A stretch of DNA of 45,900 nucleotides from Bacteroidota bacterium (GTDB taxonomy: Bacteria; Bacteroidota; Bacteroidia; UKL13-3), in contig JANMIV010000180.1 of the NCBI GenBank assembly GCA_031375995.1, positions 1 through 45,900 of the forward strand. Direction: 5' to 3'. This document shows, piece after piece, positions 1 through 7,600 of this stretch (the stretch's first letter is position 1; each line of letters opens with the position of its first letter). The position numbers and the translations under genes are program-made. The notes under the pieces were generated by a model. That model did not search any database, was not told where the DNA came from, and was given only the letters and a program-made list of their open reading frames with translations.

Positions 1-2430
1 TCACCTTCATTGGTAGCAGGACAGCCAAGTACAGTTCCAGTAACGGTAACGAATATTGGTAACGCACCTACAACAGGTATAATTACGACGACAATTACTT
101 TACCAACAGGCACAAGTGCACCAGCAACTTTTACAAGCAACGGCAATACTTGTACAACAAGTGGTCAAACTGTAACGTGTACCAATCCTGGTCCTTTATC
201 TACTACAAGCCCTACAAATAGTACATTGATTAATGTACCTGTAACGGCTGCGCCAAGTATTGTGGGAACAAATCCTGGTCCATTTGCGGCAATGCCAAGC
301 ACACCAGGAGAAACAACTACGGCTAATAATCCAGCTGCACCAATGACACCAACTATGCCAGTTGTAGCAGCACCAGCACCTGATTTAGTAACAACAATTG
401 GACAACCTTCACCTTCATTGGTAGCAGGACAGCCAAGTACAGTTCCAGTAACGGTAACGAATATTGGTAACGCACCTACAACAGGTGTAATTACGACGAC
501 AATTACTTTACCAACAGGCACAAGTGCGCCAGCAGGCCCATTTGTAACCAATGGCAATACTTGTACAACAAGCGGTCAAACGGTAACTTGTACTAATCCT
601 GGTCCTTTGACAACTACTGCACCAAGCAACAGTACAGTAATGAATATACCTGTAACGGCTGCACCAAGCACCGTAGGAACTAACCCTGGACCATTTGCGG
701 CAACGCCAAGTACACCAGGCGAAACGACAACAGGTAATAATACTGCACCGCCAATGATACCAACAAACCCTGTTATCTCAGCAGCTGCACCAGATTTAGT
801 AACAACTATTGGAGCTGTTTCGCCTTCAATGGTAGTTGGTCAAATCAGTAATTTACCAGTGACGATAACTAATATTGGTACTGCGCCAACAACAGGTACA
901 GTTTCGACAACAATTACTTTACCAGCAGGAATTTCAACACAAACTTTGTTTGTAACAAACGGCTATACTTGTAGCACTTCTGGTCAAACAGTAACTTGTT
1001 TTTCAAATACACCATTGTCAAATGTAGCACCTAACAATGCTGCACTTTTACAAATACCAATTACACCAGCAGCAAGTATAGTAAATACGACACCCGTATT
1101 TAATGCAAATACATCAGGTGGTGGAGAACCAGCAGGAAATACAACAAACAATGCTGCTCCTCCAACAACATCAGGAACTGTATCGCCAGTCCCAGCACCA
1201 GATTTGGTAACGACAATTGGTCAGCCATTGACACCATTCGTAGCGGGTTCTCCAAGTAATGTACCAGTAACAATCAAAAATCAAGGGAATGCGCCTGACA
1301 ATGGCCCAATTACTTCTAATATTACGTTGCCAGCAGGATTTAGCACACCAGCTATTTTCTCGCCATCAGCAGGAACTACTTGTTCGACAACAGGTCAAAA
1401 TATAAGTTGTACAACAGCAGGCCCATTAAGTCAAACTGCACCAAACAATACAACTACATTTAATTTACCAATAACACCAGCTGCCAGTACAATTGGAACA
1501 ATGCCACAAACAACAGGCACAACAAGTTCTCCAAATGAACCAGCTGCAAATACAGGTAACAATCCTGCAACACCAATGTCGCCAACGACACCAGTTGCAG
1601 CTGCACCAGCACCAGATTTAGTAACATTTGTTGGACAGCCAGCGACACCATTCGTGGCAGGTTCTCCAAGTAATGTACCAGTAACGGTAATTAACCAAGG
1701 AACTGCACCAGCAAATGGCCCAGTAACAACAAGCATTACTTTACCAACAGGATTTAGTGCGCCAGCAATTTTTACGTCAAATGGAAATACTTGTACAACA
1801 ACGGGACAAATTGTTTCTTGCTCTAATCCAAGTCCATTGAGTAATATTGCGCCAGGTAATTCTATGACAATACAAGTACCTGTGACACCAGCAGCTTCTA
1901 CGGTAGGAACTACGCCGCAAACTAATGCGACTACTTCTGCACCAAACGAACCAGCTACAAGCACAGGTAATAATCCAGCTACACCAATGTCTCCAACGAC
2001 ACCAGTGGCAGCTGCACCAGCACCAGATTTAGTAACAACTATCGGACAACCATTGACACCATTCGTAGCAGGTTCTCCAAGTATCGTTCCTGTAACAGTA
2101 GCTAATATTGGTTCTGCACCAGCGAATGGTCCAATCAATACTACGATTACTTTGCCAGTAGGCACGAGCGCACCAGCGAGTTTCTCGCCAGTGGCAGGAA
2201 CAAGTTGTGCAACAACAGGTCAAACAGTATCTTGTACAACAACAGGTCTTTTGAGCCAAACTGCCCCAAATAACACAATTGTTATCAATGTACCAGTAAC
2301 GCCAGCAGCAAGTACAGTTGGAACTTCTCCATCTCCATTTACTGCAACACCAACAGCACCAAACGAAACAAATACATCTAATAATGCAGCTGCTCCAATG
2401 ACGCCAACAACGCCAGTTGCACCAGCGGCA
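1..2430 (+). repeat. Intragenic tandem repeat, period 408-414 nt, six units (first unit truncated by the window edge)
   Basis: The unit consensus is 'PDLVTTIGQP.P.(L/F)VAG.PS.VPVTV.N.G.AP..G.I.T.ITLP.G.SAPA.F...G.TC.T.GQ.V.C...GPL....P.N......PVT.AAS.VGT.P'. Units 1 and 2 are very similar at the DNA level (compare nt 1-340 with 401-740). Confidence 0.9.
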
Positions 2431-3225
2431 GTAGTTAATGTAAAATTGAGTGTAAAAGTATTTTTACAAGGGGCTTATGATGCAGCAACAGGTATGATGC
2501 GTGATGATTTACGTTCAAAAGGATTTTTACCAACAGCTCAACCATACTCAGCAATGGCTCGTACTTCTTATCATACAGGTACAGAAACAACAAGCGCAGC
2601 AGCATTGGCAGCAACAGGTTCAAATGCTATCGTAGATTGGGTATTGATAGAGTTACGCACAGGTGTTGGCGCAGCGACAAGAGTAGCTACTCGTGCCGCA
2701 CTCGTACAACGTGACGGCGATGTGGTTGATGTTGATGGTGTTTCGCCAGTGACATTCAATAATCGTGCAGCAGGAGCTTACTATGTTGTGGTTACACACC
2801 GCAATCACTTAGGAGTAATGAGTGAAGTTGCCGTAGCTTTGAGCGCAACACCAGCAACTTGCGATTTTACAGGTGCTTATGATGGTTATGGTTCTAACGC
2901 CATGAGAGCAATCGGTAATTTGAACGCTCTTTGGGCAGGTAATGCAAATCATACAGGAGTGACGCATAAATCATTGATTTTTAGTGGAGCAAGTAATGAC
3001 CCAGATGCGGTTAAAAATAATGTTTTGACTGCACCAGCTAACTCTTCTGCATTAGATTTCAGTTTTGTACCAATGGGTTATCATATCGGCGACACGAATT
3101 TAGATGGCGATGTAAAATACCAAGGTACAACGAATGATTTAGATGAAATGATTTTCTTCAACGTAATGACGCATCCAGCAAATGGTGCTCCATCACCGTT
3201 GCATTTGATTACTGAAAATCATTAA
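1..3225 (+). CDS. 3' portion of a giant secreted repeat protein (5' end outside the window): six ~137-aa DUF11/CARDB-like Ig-fold repeats, then a ~265-aa C-terminal beta-rich domain ending in dockerin/EF-hand-like loops
   Basis: The frame is open from nt 1. The track starts at an internal TTG at 10, but nt 1-9 encode SPS and continue the repeat 'SPSLVAGQPSTVPVTVTNIG'. Repeat boundaries 'PDLVT(T/F)(I/V)G' fall at nt 379, 790, 1198, 1612 and 2023. The C-terminal domain (nt 2431-3222) shares long motifs with the C-terminus of the 29219..44806 product. Stop codon at 3223-3225. Confidence 0.85.
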   Translation, partial: SPSLVAGQPSTVPVTVTNIGNAPTTGIITTTITLPTGTSAPATFTSNGNTCTTSGQTVTCTNPGPLSTTSPTNSTLINVPVTAAPSIVGTNPGPFAAMPSTPGETTTANNPAAPMTPTMPVVAAPAPDLVTTIGQPSPSLVAGQPSTVPVTVTNIGNAPTTGVITTTITLPTGTSAPAGPFVTNGNTCTTSGQTVTCTNPGPLTTTAPSNSTVMNIPVTAAPSTVGTNPGPFAATPSTPGETTTGNNTAPPMIPTNPVISAAAPDLVTTIGAVSPSMVVGQISNLPVTITNIGTAPTTGTVSTTITLPAGISTQTLFVTNGYTCSTSGQTVTCFSNTPLSNVAPNNAALLQIPITPAASIVNTTPVFNANTSGGGEPAGNTTNNAAPPTTSGTVSPVPAPDLVTTIGQPLTPFVAGSPSNVPVTIKNQGNAPDNGPITSNITLPAGFSTPAIFSPSAGTTCSTTGQNISCTTAGPLSQTAPNNTTTFNLPITPAASTIGTMPQTTGTTSSPNEPAANTGNNPATPMSPTTPVAAAPAPDLVTFVGQPATPFVAGSPSNVPVTVINQGTAPANGPVTTSITLPTGFSAPAIFTSNGNTCTTTGQIVSCSNPSPLSNIAPGNSMTIQVPVTPAASTVGTTPQTNATTSAPNEPATSTGNNPATPMSPTTPVAAAPAPDLVTTIGQPLTPFVAGSPSIVPVTVANIGSAPANGPINTTITLPVGTSAPASFSPVAGTSCATTGQTVSCTTTGLLSQTAPNNTIVINVPVTPAASTVGTSPSPFTATPTAPNETNTSNNAAAPMTPTTPVAPAAVVNVKLSVKVFLQGAYDAATGMMRDDLRSKGFLPTAQPYSAMARTSYHTGTETTSAAALAATGSNAIVDWVLIELRTGVGAATRVATRAALVQRDGDVVDVDGVSPVTFNNRAAGAYYVVVTHRNHLGVMSEVAVALSATPATCDFTGAYDGYGSNAMRAIGNLNALWAGNANHTGVTHKSLIFSGASNDPDAVKNNVLTAPANSSALDFSFVPMGYHIGDTNLDGDVKYQGTTNDLDEMIFFNVMTHPANGAPSPLHLITENH

Positions 3226-3310
3226 TTTTTTTTAAACTAAAAAAATTTAATGAATAAAATTATTTTTTTAATGGATATTCTTCTTAGCTAATTTAATAGT
3301 AAAAAGGTCA

Positions 3311-3345
3311 TTTTAAACTCCTTCCTAAAATGGAGGAGTTTAAAA
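3311..3345 (+). terminator. Strong AT-rich hairpin downstream of the 1..3225 gene; possible terminator or regulatory stem
   Basis: Arm 3311-3324 (ttttaaactccttc) pairs with 3332-3345 (ggaggagtttaaaa) over 14 bp including one G.T. The loop is 3325-3331. Only a short T stretch follows (tggctttt), so a terminator function is not certain. Confidence 0.35.
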
Positions 3346-3383
3346 TGGCTTTTAAGAAGAATATTTTATCAATATACATTAAA

Positions 3384-4220
3384 ATGAAAAAGAATATTTT
3401 TAAATCAATACTTATCGCAAGCGGACTTACTTTGAGCATGGCATCTGCTCATGCTCAAGTACAGTTCAAGGTGGAGCGCATGGGCGAAACCAACAATTTT
3501 ATGGTATATGCAGTTTCTTCTGAAACGTATGAAAATCCTAAAAACCTTATTTCCACAGCACAAGTAACGCTTGTTGCGCCTACACGTGATTTTCAGTTGG
3601 ATAAAATTGTAAATTTATATCCTGACGCAAAATGGCGTGTAAATGGTCGTACTGATGCACCAAAAGAAAATCCTAACCAAGATTATATTTATTTTGGTTT
3701 AGAAAATTTAGGTACAGGTGCGTTGAAATTTAAAAAAGGTACAGAAACACCTTTATTTTTAATTCAAGCTAAAACTTGCGAAAGCAATATCAGTTTGATG
3801 GATAACAAAAAAGATCCATTTATTTTTCCAAATTCTCGACAAATCAATGTAGGCAATCAGATTACTATTTTAGGTGCTGGTGGCGATGCGTTTAGAGGAA
3901 ATGTGAAAGACAAACAATCGGCAAATTGTTTGAAATCAAAAGTTGATTTAGATCCTTATGCTATTCGTATTTCACCGAATATCACGCAAGGTGGCTCTGT
4001 AAAAGTTGAATTTTTTAAAAATGATAAAGACAACGAAAAAGCAGAACTTATTATTTATGATGCTACGGGTCGTATGACAGTTTTGCAAAGTATTAGTGCA
4101 AAAAAAGGGTACAACAGTGTAGATGCAGATGTTTCGCAATTTCCAAATGGTACTTATTTCATGTCATTGAGAGGCTTACGAGAAGAGCCTTTGACTGCAA
4201 GATTGGTCATCTCAGAATAA
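3384..4220 (+). CDS. Small secreted protein: signal peptide, one copy of the shared ~160-aa N-module, and a T9SS type-A C-terminal sorting domain
   Basis: The track ORF is 3330..4220. I prefer ATG 3384 because MKKNIFKSILIASGLTLSMASAHA|QVQ is a canonical signal peptide, whereas ATG 3330 and 3345 lie in the hairpin 3311-3345. The module QVQFKVERMG...DYIYFGLENLG...PLFLIQ...DPFIFP...INVGNQITILG parallels the modules of 4642..22818. The last ~85 aa (ISPNITQGGSVKVEFF...IIYDATGRM...FPNGTYFMSL...ARLVISE) fit the Por_Secre_tail/TIGR04183 pattern. Confidence 0.8.
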   Translation: MKKNIFKSILIASGLTLSMASAHAQVQFKVERMGETNNFMVYAVSSETYENPKNLISTAQVTLVAPTRDFQLDKIVNLYPDAKWRVNGRTDAPKENPNQDYIYFGLENLGTGALKFKKGTETPLFLIQAKTCESNISLMDNKKDPFIFPNSRQINVGNQITILGAGGDAFRGNVKDKQSANCLKSKVDLDPYAIRISPNITQGGSVKVEFFKNDKDNEKAELIIYDATGRMTVLQSISAKKGYNSVDADVSQFPNGTYFMSLRGLREEPLTARLVISE

Positions 4221-4299
4221 ATCCAATATAGGGTTTAACAGCAGATGGTTTAGCCTTACCCAACTTTACGACTAGGGTAGGGAAGGGTAAGCTACTGTC

Positions 4300-4464
4300 T
4301 TAGGGACTACGTAACAAATAACTTAACAAGTCGGCTTGTTATCTTACGCCAATACTTCGTTAAAAATACTCGTCGATGCGCTGCGTCGCCTGCGTTTTTT
4401 GCCTCGTCTTAGCATAAAATAACTGCGCCTTGGTTGCTAACTTATTTATTACATAATCCCTTAA
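4300..4464. repeat. Long imperfect inverted repeat (hairpin) in the spacer upstream of the 6058-aa gene; candidate structured RNA (minus strand), MITE-like remnant or inverton
   Basis: Arm 4300-4330 pairs with 4433-4464 at 26 of 31 positions with one bulge. Inner segment 4338-4349 pairs with 4412-4423 at 10 of 12 positions. The 62-nt apical region 4350-4411 is locally GC-rich (tcgtcgatgcgctgcgtcgcctgcg). Confidence 0.5.
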
Positions 4465-4641
4465 TGCTGGAAAATCTTTTTTTATAGTAAGAGTTGTAGT
4501 AATCAATTAAAGTAAAGAATTAAACAAAACGCTTTTTTGGTGTGGGAGCTAAAAAAGTATTTTTAAAACTAAAAAAAAGTATGATTTATCGGGCTAAGAA
4601 AGCTCCATAAACCATTTGATTTATTTCAAAAAAATATAGAT

Positions 4642-7600
4642 ATGAAGAAGCTGTTACAATCTTTATGTTGGTGGTCACTTATGCTTATGCTGTCTTTTGC
4701 AGCAAACGCACAAGTCCAGTACAAAATACAATACAATACCTCATCGCAACGCTACGAGGTTTTTATGAAACCTTTGGTAAGTTACTCTGGTGCGCAAGCC
4801 TACACGGGTTCGGCACAGGTAACGCTTGTAGTTCCTACGGGTAATTTTACGCCTACGGGTCTGCAAAGTCAATTTGGAGCGTGGAACTTGGATAATGCAA
4901 TTGCTCGCCATCCAATCGAAAATCCAAATTTTGATTATATTTCCTTTTATATGCCTGCAACGGTAACAGGGATAAATTACGTCAATGGCGTAGAAATGCC
5001 TTTGTTCACTTTTACAAACTCGGGCTCTTGTATTGGTGGTATTAATTTAATAAATAATGCTACTGATCCATTTTTTCCTTCTCCAATAACGGGAACAAAT
5101 TCAAAAAATATCAATGTTGGTAATCAAATTTCTATTTTTGGTTATCAAAATAACTTGTTGGCAAATGCTTGGCAAAGTAACTACGGTGCAGCAGCTCCTT
5201 GTAGTACGTCGCCATCTTGCGCTATTCAATACCAAATCGTTAAAACAGGAGCTACGTATCAAGTAAATATGATACCAAATGTGACTTATACAACTGTTGG
5301 CAATATTACTGCTACACAGCAAGTTACGCTCAAAGTTCCTACTGGTTTGGTTTATACCAACCTTGTTTCTTTGACAAGTGGAGCAAACTATACACAAGGT
5401 TCTCGTATAAATGCGCCTTCGCAAGCGTTAGGAAGCGATTATATTTTGTTTAATTTGGGTAATTTAGGAACAAGTGCCTTGACTTATACCAATGGCACAA
5501 GTGTTCCTTTATTCAAATTTGATGTAGCAGGCAACTGCTCGGGCGATATTGCTTTTATGCCTAACAACGACCCTTTTACAAGTAATACTTCTTACAATTC
5601 TAAGCAGCAAATTACAGTATTTGGTTATGGGCAACCTGATGCTCCGATTTGTTTTTCGGGTTCAGGTTCAGTGCCTTGTACCAATGCACCGCCAGCGAGT
5701 TGCGGATTGGAATACGAAATTGAGCGTTTGTCGAATGGCAAATTTCAAGTTTCGATGACACCAAAAGTAACTTACACTGCGCCAAATAATACCACTTCTA
5801 CACAACAAATTACATTGAAAGTCCCAACAGGTTTTCAATACACAGGTTTGACAAGTATAAACGCTGGTGCAAATTATGTACAAGGTTCACGTATAAATGC
5901 ACCTTCACAAGCACCAGGTTTTGATTATATTTTGTTCAATTTGAGCAATTTGGGAACTACCGCCTTGACTTATACCAATGGCGTAAAAGTACCTTTGTTC
6001 ACTTTCGACAAATCAGGCGTTTGCAACAATGAGGTCATCGCTTTGATGCCAAACACAGACCCTTTTACAACAAATACTTCTTTTAATTCTAAACAACAAT
6101 GTACAGTGTTGGGCTACGGACAGCCTGATATTCCAATTTGTTTGAAAGGCACAGGTTCTGTAACTTGTACTCCGCCTGCGGCAAGTTGTGGTACAGAATA
6201 CGAAATTGAGCGTTTGCCAAACGGCAAATTTCAAGTTTCTATGACACCAAAAGTAACTTACACTGCGCCAAATAATACGACTTCTACGCAGCAAGTTACA
6301 TTGAAAGTCCCAACAGGTTTTCAATACACAGGTTTGACAAGTATAAATGCTGGTGCAAATTATGTACAAGGTTCACGTGTAAATGCACCTTCACAAGCAC
6401 CAGGTTTTGATTATATTTTATTCAATTTGAGCAATTTGGGAACTACCGCCTTGACTTACACCAATGGCGTAAAAGTACCGTTGTTCACTTTCGACAAATC
6501 AGGCGTTTTTAACAATGAGGTCATCGCTTTGATGCCCAATACAGACCCTTTTACAACAAATACTTCTTTTAATTCTAAGCAACAGCTTACTGTGTTAGGT
6601 TACGGACAGCCTGATATTCCAATTTGTTTGAAAGGCACAGGTTCTGTAACTTGTACTCCGCCTGCGGCAAATGCTTGCCAAATCAAGTACGAATTAGAAA
6701 CAGTTAATGGTTGTGCATACCAAGTCTCAATGACCCCTAACATTACGTGGACAACATCAGGAAATATCACAAAAGCGGCAAAAGTTACCCTTCGTGTTCC
6801 TCACGGTTGTTTTACGGTAGCAGACTTAACAAGCTTCAACTTTGGCGCTTCTTTTATAGTAGCAAATACTGCGCTTGCACCTTCTGACAATCCAGCCTAC
6901 GATTATATTTGTTTTACCATGACTACTGTTCCGACAGTTGGTATTCCATATATTCAAGGGCAAAAAGTACCGCTATTTACTTTTAAAAATGGTGGAACTT
7001 GTTGTGGTAATATTGAATTAATGCCAGCAACAGATCCTTTCGCAAACGGAAATACATTGAACCAAAATTTTGACCAACATTGGGAAACTTCAGGTACAGG
7101 CTCGGCAGGTGTTGAGCCTTGTATTATTGGAAATCCACAACCTTGTATTGCGCCTACTGGTTCAACTATTTTAGGTACAGATAAAACAATTTGTCAAGGT
7201 CAATCTACACAATTGAATGTAACAGGAACTTTTGTTGCTTACAATTGGTCAGGTGCAGGTTTGAGCGCAACAAATGTTTCAAATCCAACTGCGACACCAA
7301 CCGCTACTACGACTTATTACGTGACTGCAACAACCGCTTCGGGTTGTGCTATCAAAGATGATATTATCGTAACAGTAACTCCTTTACCAATTTTCACAAG
7401 CGTAACACCTTCTGCATCAACATCTTGTGTTTCAAGTAATGGTTCAATTACTATTGCAGCAAGTGGTACAGGAACACTCGAGTACAGTATTGACAATGGC
7501 ATATCTTGGCAATTGTCAAATGTATTTTTGGGTTTGAGCGCAGGTTCATATACTACAAAAATTCGCAGACAAGGTACGACTTGTGAAGTGGCAAATCCTT

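Noticed and set aside
1-340. Possibility that the two window ends are the same sequence (a trivial circular overlap)
   Set aside because: Nt 45561-45900 and nt 1-340 differ at many positions, e.g. ggtaacgcacct vs ggtactgcacct, and gcaacttttacaagcaacggc vs gcgggtccttttgttacaaacggt. They are paralogous repeat units and not an overlap.
1431-2165. A 244-aa minus-strand ORF, plus the many other 60-154-aa antisense or off-frame ORFs inside 1..3225, 4642..22818 and 29219..44806 (e.g. 165..557, 7317..7682, 15897..16319, 21027..21491, 36043..36369, 43075..43446, 45490..45711)
   Set aside because: They lie entirely within long, motif-rich plus-strand ORFs. Their translations are low-complexity mirror images of the T/P/A/G/N-rich repeats (V/G/A/P-rich or C/R-rich strings), and they recur with the repeat period. 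They are open only because the biased codon usage of the repeats avoids antisense stop codons.
3330-3383. Use of ATG 3330 (the longest ORF) as the start of the small module protein
   Set aside because: The extension MEEFKMAFKKNILSIYIK precedes a perfect signal peptide that begins at M19. ATG 3330 and ATG 3345 sit in the hairpin 3311-3345. The true start remains to be verified.
4273-4282. The 10-mer TAGGGTAGGG occurs after the stop of 3384..4220 and again at 28029..28038, just after the stop of the RHH gene
   Set aside because: Two copies of a 10-mer in 46 kb may be chance. The surrounding sequence shows no extended similarity or shared structure.
4221-4641. Search for a tRNA, a transposase remnant or an obvious promoter in the 420-nt spacer before the 6058-aa gene
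   Set aside because: I found no tRNA-like T-arm/anticodon architecture, no ORF, and no exact TAnnTTTG box. Only the hairpin at 4300-4464 and a short stem at 4254-4292 stand out.
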